From an uncultured virus (IMG/VR IMGVR_UViG_3300043434_000216) (Duplodnaviria > Heunggongvirae > Uroviricota > Caudoviricetes): a stretch of DNA of 20,000 nt. A program made the position numbers and the translations under genes. Within the stretch, counting starts at the first letter, position 1. Each line of letters begins with the position of its first letter. This document shows positions 9,691 through 16,621 of the stretch, piece after piece. Location of the stretch: IMG/VR virus record IMGVR_UViG_3300043434_000216. One strand, 5' to 3'. Below the pieces are notes generated by a model. It was not told where the DNA came from. It searched no databases and saw only the letters and a list, made by a program, of their open reading frames with translations.

Positions 9691-11700
9691 TTAAAATGGG
9701 AATATCTCCCTTATGTCGTAAAAATGTTGTTTCTGCTCTACTTTGCTAGCAAATTTAGACTTGTTAGCCTGTATCAATGTGTAACCAGATGCCATCGCGG
9801 CATCAAATTTGGTTGTCTTGTTGATATCAAACTTTAACCAGTCTTGCAATAATCGCATAAAGATAACCTTTTCTACGCTTTCTGTAATGTAGCTTTCGGT
9901 AACTTCTGCAATCTGCTGATGAGTTTTAACTGTTGCTGAGATTCCATACTTGTTAGAACCTGGCATCTTGGTTAAAAACTTCTCATATCCTCTGTACTCA
10001 AAGTATTTAATTAAGCCAACTTTGTTATCCTCGGACAGTATCTCGCATCCAAAGAAATGACAAAGCTTAATCATATCCTCGTAGAATATCTCTGCCTTCT
10101 CAGGTCTGTTAAGGTATTCAACTAAGAACGTCTCACTAAACTCATCCACCGCATCATATCTCCTGTACACATATGCAGCGCCATCTGACCGCTCCTTACT
10201 TGTTGTAATGCTATGGTCAAAGGGGTCAACTGCTATCGCGTACTTCTTGTTATTCTTTGGAGCTTTCTTTGTCCCATACTCCTCTACCTGATTAAAGTTA
10301 GCGTAGTCGTGGACGTTAAACTTCTTGTGGACCAAAAACTTTCCGTTAGAAGTCTCATTGAAAACAACTCTACTATCGCGTTCCGCTTTTTCCCAAACAA
10401 ATTCTCCACGCAAATATAAATCTTTTTCAGCAATCCACGATATCGATTCCATCTGTCTGTTCAATGCCATCGCATCATACAAACAGGTGTCTGCTTCGCT
10501 AAAGAATGCTTCGCCGATTGTAAAAGGATTCTTTCTAATAAAAGAAGCTAGAGCACGTGGGTCAGTCTCTAAAGCAGCTCTTTCTGCTAGGTAAAACTCC
10601 TTAGCCTTTTCCTCGTCAGCTTGACCAAACTTATCATAGAATAAGGTCTTATAGGCAGGCATAAAGTACTGGTATAATCCAGAACGCGTTCTTCCGTTCT
10701 TATTCTTCTCAAGTTGATTAGAAGCGTCCCATAACATCTTGAATGATTCTCCTCCATCTTCCATCTCCTCGACAGTTGTGGTGTATAAAGCCTTGCCAAT
10801 GATGTTCTCTTCTTGTTGGAGACAGAACTGTAAGACTTGATGCCTGTCGTAGACGTCAACGTTCTTTGTCTTACCTGCTTCGTCTCCAAGGTATCTATGA
10901 AGCTTCATACCGTCATAGGCAAACTTATCTGCAGACTTAAAGGTAATAGAGGATTCTAGTTCAATCTTCTCAGCAAAGATGTCGTCATTAGCACCACGCT
11001 TGTTTGTCTTAAAGAAACGTAGCTCTCCTTTAGGAGTCATACCCTTCTCTGTATCATATATAGGCACAAAGAAGTCAGGCAAGTACTTGAATGGCATAAT
11101 AACGCCCTTGGCAAATACGTTGTCCTTAGCATCTTCATAAGTCTTTGACTGAATACCTGCGTTCTTGTTCTTGCTTCTAGAGGTCAATTCAAACAAGAAA
11201 GCACCCGCTCGCATAGTCTTACCCTGACGACGTTTAGTCACCTCAACCATTCCTAAACAGTTAGGGTCTTGCACACAGTACTCTAGGAAATAAAAGAAGT
11301 CTCTATCAGTCACACGAAACGACGGGTAGCCAACGTCAAGCTTCCAGTGTACTAAGTAAAAGTAATGCAAACCCGTTATATAAGTAGCGTGACCGTTGTT
11401 ATAGAACCAAAAGCCGTTAAGCCTTCTGTCCCATTCTTGGTTACGGTATTCCTGCAACTCAGGATTAAAGTACCCTGTGTTTGTTTTTTGGGTAATAATC
11501 TCTTTCTTGCGCTTTGTTTCGTAGTCCTTTGGTGGCTCAGGTCTTTCCCAGTACTGGTAGTCTTTCTTTACCGAACGCGCTAGTATCTCGCGCTTCTCCC
11601 ATTGGTTAGTAATAATGTTGTACACATACCCATTGGGTGGTATGCTAACCTTAATATTGTTAATCTCGTACTCCCTACCCTTTGCGTGCTTCCTATACAT
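9691..11700 (-). CDS. terL: Terminase large subunit
   Basis: 669 aa with Walker A-like KRRQGKT, Walker B YLGDEAGK, coupling motif YTTT, and nuclease acidic motifs IAVDPFD and KFDAAMASG. Confidence 0.9.
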   Translation of the reverse strand: MYRKHAKGREYEINNIKVSIPPNGYVYNIITNQWEKREILARSVKKDYQYWERPEPPKDYETKRKKEIITQKTNTGYFNPELQEYRNQEWDRRLNGFWFYNNGHATYITGLHYFYLVHWKLDVGYPSFRVTDRDFFYFLEYCVQDPNCLGMVEVTKRRQGKTMRAGAFLFELTSRSKNKNAGIQSKTYEDAKDNVFAKGVIMPFKYLPDFFVPIYDTEKGMTPKGELRFFKTNKRGANDDIFAEKIELESSITFKSADKFAYDGMKLHRYLGDEAGKTKNVDVYDRHQVLQFCLQQEENIIGKALYTTTVEEMEDGGESFKMLWDASNQLEKNKNGRTRSGLYQYFMPAYKTLFYDKFGQADEEKAKEFYLAERAALETDPRALASFIRKNPFTIGEAFFSEADTCLYDAMALNRQMESISWIAEKDLYLRGEFVWEKAERDSRVVFNETSNGKFLVHKKFNVHDYANFNQVEEYGTKKAPKNNKKYAIAVDPFDHSITTSKERSDGAAYVYRRYDAVDEFSETFLVEYLNRPEKAEIFYEDMIKLCHFFGCEILSEDNKVGLIKYFEYRGYEKFLTKMPGSNKYGISATVKTHQQIAEVTESYITESVEKVIFMRLLQDWLKFDINKTTKFDAAMASGYTLIQANKSKFASKVEQKQHFYDIREIFPF

Positions 11701-12253
11701 TAGCTATTGTTTCAGGTGTCAAGTTAAGTATTTCTTTCTTCTTCTCTTTGGTATCTCCAAATAACTTGTCCTCGTAGGACTCAATCCTTTTAATGATAGC
11801 GTCGCACTCAGCCATTAGCTTAGACTTTATCTCAAGCGCTTGCAGCTTATCCTTATCTGTCTTATATGCTGTGATAGGAGATAACAATTCGCCCTGATAC
11901 TGCCAAAGAACTTCCTCGTTGGCTGCCAAAATAGACCATACTTTGGACGATTGGTGGCGAAGGTATAGGTTGATATACTTGAGTAGATTTGCGTCCTTTA
12001 AATCAAAGATGTCCTCTAGGTCGTGTTTTAGTCCAGCCATCTCTGCAGCCTCCTCCTTACGCTCCTGTATGTTAGATATCTTTAATCGCAGTGGACTCTT
12101 CTGGTCGTATATCAGTCCAACGTAAATGATAACTGGAATATCTGAACTGGGTAGGTTGCCAAATACCTGTTTGAGAATTGGATTTTTAGCAAGGTTGTCA
12201 TCTAAGACAGGAATTGCTAAATCTAAAAACTCTTCTTTATTAAATAATGCCAT
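11693..12253 (-). CDS. Hypothetical protein, candidate terminase small subunit
   Basis: 186 aa, predicted helical, overlapping the terL start by 8 nt. Function inferred from position only. Confidence 0.5.
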   Translation of the reverse strand: MALFNKEEFLDLAIPVLDDNLAKNPILKQVFGNLPSSDIPVIIYVGLIYDQKSPLRLKISNIQERKEEAAEMAGLKHDLEDIFDLKDANLLKYINLYLRHQSSKVWSILAANEEVLWQYQGELLSPITAYKTDKDKLQALEIKSKLMAECDAIIKRIESYEDKLFGDTKEKKKEILNLTPETIANV

Positions 12254-12418
12254 ATCTATTTTGGTTGCGGGCGGCGGCGGGCGGCGCGGTGTCCCAATTC
12301 TTTTTTTTTCTTTTGTCTTCTAAGGGAAGCAAGCTTCCTTTTAGTTTCAGTTTTTTGATTGTCTTTACGCTCCGCGGAATAGTATATATTAATCTTATTT
12401 ATTATATTATATATTATG

Positions 12419-12513
12419 TGGTAAAATCTTACCAGGGGTATGGTCAAATTCTACCAGGGGGTATGGTAAAATCTTACCAGGGGGGTATGGTATAATTCTA
12501 CCATAGGGGTACC
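12419..12513. repeat. Four tandem imperfect palindromes separated by G-tracts, next to an AT-rich tract
   Basis: TGGTAAAATCTTACCA (12419), TGGTCAAATTCTACCA (12441), TGGTAAAATCTTACCA (12464), TGGTATAATTCTACCA (12488). Spacers are G4TA, G5TA, G6TA. Almost pure A/T at 12379-12418. Confidence 0.9.
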
Positions 12514-13157
12514 TAGTGTTTAGAGCATAAAATATCGCTTTGCCGCACGGTATAGTACTCTTTTCCTTCGATGGTGTTCTTAAAGTTTGAGTTCTTATTT
12601 AACATAACAAGTGCACCTTGACTAACTTTTAACTCATCTTGACCTACTAATGGTTTCCCAATGTAAGACAGTCGAGCAAACTTAGTTGACGGCTTTTTAT
12701 TTAGACCAATTACTAGCCCCGAAGCAGATGTTATAGCTTCTACTTTTTGACCACCAACATCAACCGAGTCAAACTCTTCCTCAACCACCTGTTCACAAAG
12801 AGTCCAGTTCCCAACAGGTAATATATTGCCACCCCTAACAATACAAAACACCCAATAATAAGGTACTTTATAATAGTTCCCGTAGATACAGTTTGTTTCA
12901 TCGGATGTAGTTAAGTAATGAAAATATATAAGGTCACCTACTTGCACATTTTTCTCCATCTCTAAGCCGTCTTCAGTATAAACCCTTCCTTCTGGAACAG
13001 CTATTACTCGACCATAGATTCTAGCGTAGTGTGTAGGATTGAATTCTGGGTCTATGTGGAGCTTTAAATTACCGTATTGGACAGTATCATCCAAAGCAGC
13101 ACCGACTTCAACCACGACCGTATTTGGTGGCGATTTTTTAATATCGTAAGTAAGCAT
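12513..13157 (-). CDS. GroES/Cpn10-like co-chaperonin with two tandem domains
   Basis: Likely start is ATG 13157 (MLTYDIKK), after a promoter-like element. Domain 1 has GRVIAVPEG...VQVGDLIYF; domain 2 has LPVGNWTL...SASGLVI...IEGKEYYTVRQSDIL, resembling the GroES mobile loop and C-terminus. Confidence 0.75.
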   Translation of the reverse strand: MLTYDIKKSPPNTVVVEVGAALDDTVQYGNLKLHIDPEFNPTHYARIYGRVIAVPEGRVYTEDGLEMEKNVQVGDLIYFHYLTTSDETNCIYGNYYKVPYYWVFCIVRGGNILPVGNWTLCEQVVEEEFDSVDVGGQKVEAITSASGLVIGLNKKPSTKFARLSYIGKPLVGQDELKVSQGALVMLNKNSNFKNTIEGKEYYTVRQSDILCSKH

Positions 13158-13177
13158 TAAAATGTTTGTTTGGTTTG

Positions 13178-13185
13178 TAAAGGTA
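13178..13185 (-). promoter_or_regulatory. Possible -7 promoter variant (TACCTTTA) for the GroES/terminase operon
   Basis: One mismatch to TAnnTTTG, followed by the same AACCAAACAA leader seen at 4846 and 7375. Confidence 0.5.
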
Positions 13186-13869
13186 AAGATAGATAGATAG
13201 TCACATATATCCAATTTCTATCTCCATATGTTTCCACTGCCAGATTGCTTTAAACGCAGTTTTTAGACCGCGTAGGTGGATTGTTAGGGTTATATATACT
13301 ATCGGACGGTTCAGCGACATCAACGACAAACGACTTTTTGCAATGGGGTGGGGTCATATTTAGTAATCCAAATTCCAAAAATTAGGTCAATGTATCCTTA
13401 TGATACAATAACAATTTTCCAATGTATCACTTTGGTACAATACCACTCGGTCGGTGTGTTGCATCCTTCCCCCATACCTATAGTGCGAAAGAAATGTGTC
13501 CAAGGTTGCAAGGAGCAAAGGTAAATGTGCATAAAATGTGGCTTAGGATTATCTGAGGGCGCATTTATCCTAGGGGAATTATCCTCCCCCACATCACACC
13601 CTAGAAAAACCTCCCATTTTACTAGCATTCAATTTAAGGGGGCAAATCTTTGATTTAAGACATTTTCGTGTTTAAATGTCCATTCTATAAGCCCTATGCG
13701 AGATAATTGATTAGACGCGAAATCGGGGTATTTTGGAGGGTATATTATTATTATACATATAGTATATAAAGGGGATTTCTTGGAATAGTACTAAATCGAT
13801 ATATTTTCGTTGTATTATTCTAAGAAAACAGCCCATTCGTCGACACATTTGGGGATTTCGTCTCATCTT

Positions 13870-13902
13870 TTTGGAGGTAAAGCATTAGATATACTAACTT
13901 TG
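13870..13902 (+). promoter_or_regulatory. Bacteroidota housekeeping-type promoter driving the rightward (early) region
   Basis: TTTG (13870-13873), 21-nt spacer, TAACTTTG (13895-13902): full -33/-7 consensus. Confidence 0.8.
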
Positions 13903-13907
13903 CATCA

Positions 13908-14150
13908 AGCAAACGGGGAAAAAGTTCTCCAACGGCTTCCACCCCGACACATACGGGGGGTAACAGGTGTGCCTACTCGAAAGAGTCCACCTTAGTGGCT
14001 AACCCCCACTCGGAAAGGCGAAAGGTTACCCACGAGGATGGTGGATTCCTGAGTATAAAGGTTTGAAGTTTCAGAAGAACGGGTTACTAAATAAACCTAT
14101 CGCCGAACACACGGCGTCAACAAAGTCCCACACATACAAGGGTTATGTAT
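13908..14150 (+). ncRNA. Unidentified structured RNA (family not recognised)
   Basis: GC-enriched tract right after the promoter with many helices: CGGGG/CCCCG, GGGGGT/ACCCCC, AGGTG/CACCT, ACTC-GAAA-GAGT, ACTCGGAA/TTCC(T)GAGT, CCAC/GTGG, AGGTTT/AAACCT, CGCCG/CGGCG. Confidence 0.6.
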
Positions 14151-14151
14151 A

Positions 14152-14207
14152 CGATTAGACAATGGCTTGCATATTTATATGAGTGGTTCGATTCCGCTAC
14201 TAATCGC
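14152..14207 (+). ncRNA. tRNA-like mini-element (acceptor-like stem plus T-arm), not a canonical tRNA
   Basis: 7-bp stem CGATTAG (14152-14158)/CTAATCG (14200-14206) enclosing AGTGG-TTCGATT-CCGCT with a canonical T-loop. No proper D-arm, anticodon loop or CCA. Confidence 0.55.
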
Positions 14208-14227
14208 TAACTTAAAAACACACTATT

Positions 14228-14461
14228 ATGAAATTTGTATCAAACTATCTTGTAGGCGGAATTGTTCACGCAAAAACAAAATGCGACGCGCTTGTAACTA
14301 TTGCAAAACTATATGATTACCCTGATTATAAGATTTATTGGGAAGGGAATACGCCTTATATGCTACCATTTGCTCAATCTCGTAGAGTATTTAAGGTATA
14401 TGCATCACATTCTAAAATGGGAAAGGCTTTAAATGCTGAACGCAAAAGATATGGAGTGTAA
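14228..14461 (+). CDS. Hypothetical basic protein, first gene of the early region
   Basis: 77 aa ORF with an A-rich leader; its stop codon lies in stem I of the hammerhead. Confidence 0.7.
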   Translation: MKFVSNYLVGGIVHAKTKCDALVTIAKLYDYPDYKIYWEGNTPYMLPFAQSRRVFKVYASHSKMGKALNAERKRYGV

Positions 14462-14504
14462 CTGACGAGTCCTAATGGACGAAACGCCTACGGGCGTCTT
14501 ACAC
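14456..14504 (+). ncRNA. Hammerhead ribozyme, type I
   Basis: Stem I GTGTAA/TTACAC; core CTGACGA; stem II GTCC-TAAT-GGAC; GAAA; stem III CGCC-TACG-GGCG; GTC cleavage triplet with predicted cut after C14498. All core nucleotides are present. Confidence 0.95.
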
Positions 14505-14506
14505 AT

Positions 14507-14530
14507 ACCCTTTCCGTGTAGGTTAACGGA
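14507..14530 (+). promoter_or_regulatory. Small hairpin/pseudoknot-like motif, copy 1
   Basis: ACCCTT-TCCGT-GTAGGTTA-ACGGA, 12 nt before ATG 14543; similar to 16327-16352. Confidence 0.5.
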
Positions 14531-14542
14531 CTAGCACACACA

Positions 14543-14959
14543 ATGAGAATGTTATTTAATCAAGCAATCGAAATCACAAAAGAACAAGCTATTAACCACT
14601 CAAGAAATGAGTACAATCCAAGAGAATGGAAGTGTATAGTAGAAAGATTTAGTGAGAGATTTGAAGACGCAATCTTTTACGACCTTGGCTTAGGGAGGTA
14701 CAATCAAGATGAAGTTGGCGTAGTGTATGTTACTAACGGAGTTCGCTACTTTAAAACACTTCAGTATTCGTCTTGCCTAAGCGCATACGATGGCATAGGA
14801 CAAATAAATTTATATGAGGATGGAATTAGCTTTACAAAGTTTATTGATGACAACGGGAACGAGGGCTACCTTTCTGCTAGAAACCCCGTAACGGCTAACT
14901 TCTTACGAGTTATGACTTTAAGAACAAAAGACTTTATTGTAGCATCTGCAAGCATTTAA
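14543..14959 (+). CDS. Hypothetical protein
   Basis: 138 aa ORF, ATG start, co-oriented in the early cluster. Confidence 0.75.
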   Translation: MRMLFNQAIEITKEQAINHSRNEYNPREWKCIVERFSERFEDAIFYDLGLGRYNQDEVGVVYVTNGVRYFKTLQYSSCLSAYDGIGQINLYEDGISFTKFIDDNGNEGYLSARNPVTANFLRVMTLRTKDFIVASASI

Positions 14960-14963
14960 ACCT

Positions 14964-15050
14964 ATGAAATCCTTAATCGCATTCTTCTTCGCGCTCGCTA
15001 TCTATATGGTAGGGAGTGCTTTAATTCAAATCATTCAAATCTTATCTTAA
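14964..15050 (+). CDS. Small hydrophobic membrane peptide (28 aa)
   Basis: Not in the ORF track: MKSLIAFFFALAIYMVGSALIQIIQILS; fills the gap between neighbours. Confidence 0.55.
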   Translation: MKSLIAFFFALAIYMVGSALIQIIQILS

Positions 15051-15060
15051 TTCTATTCTT

Positions 15061-15249
15061 ATGAAACCATTTATCATCGTCATCGTTAGTACATTCCTAG
15101 GTCTTTACGCTATCTGCGCATTCGTTTCTTGGGACATATCAGTAATGGCACACGCTACCGAGAATGGACGTGTAGCCTACATTATCGGAGGGTTTTTCCT
15201 TAGCGGTATTTTTTCTTGTATGGTAGCATCTTTTCAGTCAGAACAATAA
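15061..15249 (+). CDS. Small membrane protein with two hydrophobic segments
   Basis: 62 aa with two hydrophobic stretches separated by a short polar loop. Confidence 0.7.
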   Translation: MKPFIIVIVSTFLGLYAICAFVSWDISVMAHATENGRVAYIIGGFFLSGIFSCMVASFQSEQ

Positions 15250-15371
15250 TGAAGACCTTTAACAAAGTAATCGTTTTCTTCCTAGGCGAAGAAGCGAGCC
15301 AAGACAAAGGTGAACTAATCACCGCGTTAATCATTGCGACGCTATGCGCGTTCCTTTTACCTTTAATGTAA
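15249..15371 (+). CDS. Small membrane peptide (40 aa)
   Basis: Not in the ORF track: MKTFNKVIVFFLGEEASQDKGELITALIIATLCAFLLPLM; TAATG stop/start overlap with the upstream gene. Confidence 0.6.
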   Translation: MKTFNKVIVFFLGEEASQDKGELITALIIATLCAFLLPLM

Positions 15372-15401
15372 TCTATCACTATCAACTTATCAAATCACAC
15401 A

Positions 15402-16319
15402 ATGGCAACTCAATCAGAATTAATCGACAATATCAATAACACAATCATCGAAGGACTACAAGCTAAGGGTTTACAATGGTTCAAACCTTTCAAAGATAGC
15501 TCTACCAATCAATGGTCTGCTATCAACTCACAAGGTAAGCCTTACCGCGGTATTAATCAGTTCATCCTTTCAGCTAAGGCAATCGAAAAGGGATGGATTA
15601 ACAAGTGGTTCACCTTCGCGCAAGTATCTAAGCTAGGCGGACGTGTTAACAAGGGCGAGAAGTCTACGGATGTCTACCTTTGGAAAGTAAACTTCGCGGT
15701 AGAAATCGCAGGTAAAACCCAATACTTCGCCCGCCTTGAGGACGTTCCAAGTCACCTACAAAAGCAAGCCAAGAAGGCGTTCTTCTTGCAGGTGTTCAAG
15801 GTGTTCTCTATCTCACAAAGCGACCTACCAATCGATACCCCATCACAACCTATTGAGGTCACTGAATTAGAGGCAGACGCGCACGCCGAAGCTATCCTTC
15901 AATCGTGGTGCAAAGAGGTAACGCTTAAGCATAGCGGACAAGGTCGGGCTTACTACTCTCCTAGCGGTGACTACATTCATATGCCCGCTAAGACTACTGA
16001 GCAATGGAAATCAAACGGAGACTACTACAAGGTATTCTTTCACGAAGCTATCCACTCCACGGGTCACGCGTCACGCCTTAATCGCCTAGACAAAACAGCA
16101 AACTTTGGCTCTGATGAGTATAGTAAGGAGGAATTGGTCGCTGAGTTAGGCGCGCTGTATTTAGAGGCTATCACGGGCATACAAACAATCGTAGACGACG
16201 TCAAAAACTCGCAAGCATATATCAACGGATGGATTAGCAAATTGAAGTCTGACCCTAAGTTAATTCTGAGTGCATCTACTAAGGCACACGAGGCGGTAGA
16301 GTTAATCCTATCTAAATAA
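15402..16319 (+). CDS. ardC: ArdC-family antirestriction / ssDNA-binding protein with zincin-like metallopeptidase domain
   Basis: N-terminal WFKPF...GKPYRGINQFIL...WFTFAQVSKLGGRVNKGEKST; C-terminal AYYSPSGDYIHMP...FFHEAIHSTGHASRLNR...FGSDEYSKEELVAELGA with HExxH. Confidence 0.92.
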   Translation: MATQSELIDNINNTIIEGLQAKGLQWFKPFKDSSTNQWSAINSQGKPYRGINQFILSAKAIEKGWINKWFTFAQVSKLGGRVNKGEKSTDVYLWKVNFAVEIAGKTQYFARLEDVPSHLQKQAKKAFFLQVFKVFSISQSDLPIDTPSQPIEVTELEADAHAEAILQSWCKEVTLKHSGQGRAYYSPSGDYIHMPAKTTEQWKSNGDYYKVFFHEAIHSTGHASRLNRLDKTANFGSDEYSKEELVAELGALYLEAITGIQTIVDDVKNSQAYINGWISKLKSDPKLILSASTKAHEAVELILSK

Positions 16320-16326
16320 CATCTTG

Positions 16327-16352
16327 ACCTTGCGGTGTATAGGTAACCGCAA
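16327..16352 (+). promoter_or_regulatory. Small hairpin/pseudoknot-like motif, copy 2
   Basis: ACCT-TGCGGT-GTATAGGTA-ACCGCA; ACCT can pair with AGGT in the loop; 7 nt before ATG 16360. Confidence 0.5.
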
Positions 16353-16359
16353 TAATACT

Positions 16360-16620
16360 ATGAACGTAAGACAAATTCTAGAAACCAACAACGAGTTGCA
16401 GATGCGTTATATCTATGAGATTAACAAGTTTTGCAAGGAACGTATGTACTCAGAATCAGGCGACAAAGAAGCGCCCAAGATTCGCCAAATTATGGACATC
16501 TTCTTTTGGGTTGGTAAGATATCCGAGAAGCAAATGGATTGGGTAGTACGCTACGCCACCAAGAATCAAATCCGCGTGGTAACATCAGATTCCACTATCA
16601 GCAATTTAGACCAAGCATAA
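16360..16620 (+). CDS. Hypothetical protein
   Basis: ATG 16360 (MNVRQILE) preferred to the track's TTG at 16324, which runs through the hairpin motif. Confidence 0.7.
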   Translation: MNVRQILETNNELQMRYIYEINKFCKERMYSESGDKEAPKIRQIMDIFFWVGKISEKQMDWVVRYATKNQIRVVTSDSTISNLDQA

Positions 16621-16621
16621 A

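Noticed and set aside
9691..11700. Intron or intein in the large terminase
   Set aside because: The ORF is continuous with ordered ATPase and nuclease motifs and no intein or homing-endonuclease signature.
1640..12323. Numerous 60-100 aa ORFs antisense or out of frame within structural genes
   Set aside because: Shadow ORFs expected from the codon bias of the real minus-strand genes.
12247..12495. Short ORFs on both strands across the repeat and AT-rich tract
   Set aside because: Translations simply mirror low-complexity DNA. An initiator-gene relic cannot be excluded but no intact gene is supported.
12419..12513. CRISPR array
   Set aside because: Repeats are 16 bp separated by 6-8 nt G-tracts, with no unique spacers and no cas genes.
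4918..12515. TAG stop-codon reassignment as in some crAss-like phages (several late genes end in TAG)
   Set aside because: Long genes are intact under the standard code and the TAGs fall at sensible gene ends followed by promoters, terminators or new genes.
13398..13628. 76-aa minus-strand ORF in the strand-switch region
   Set aside because: No recognisable features and atypical composition; not supported as a gene.
13810..13995. 61-aa ORF from the track
   Set aside because: TTG start, spans the promoter and structured RNA, no protein-like features; probably spurious.
13908..14210. tmRNA, RNase P RNA or group I/II intron identity for the structured RNA
   Set aside because: The strand after the T-arm pairs locally, not with the 5' GGGG; there is no CCA or evident tag peptide. 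No intact RNase P conserved regions or intron catalytic core could be found by eye.
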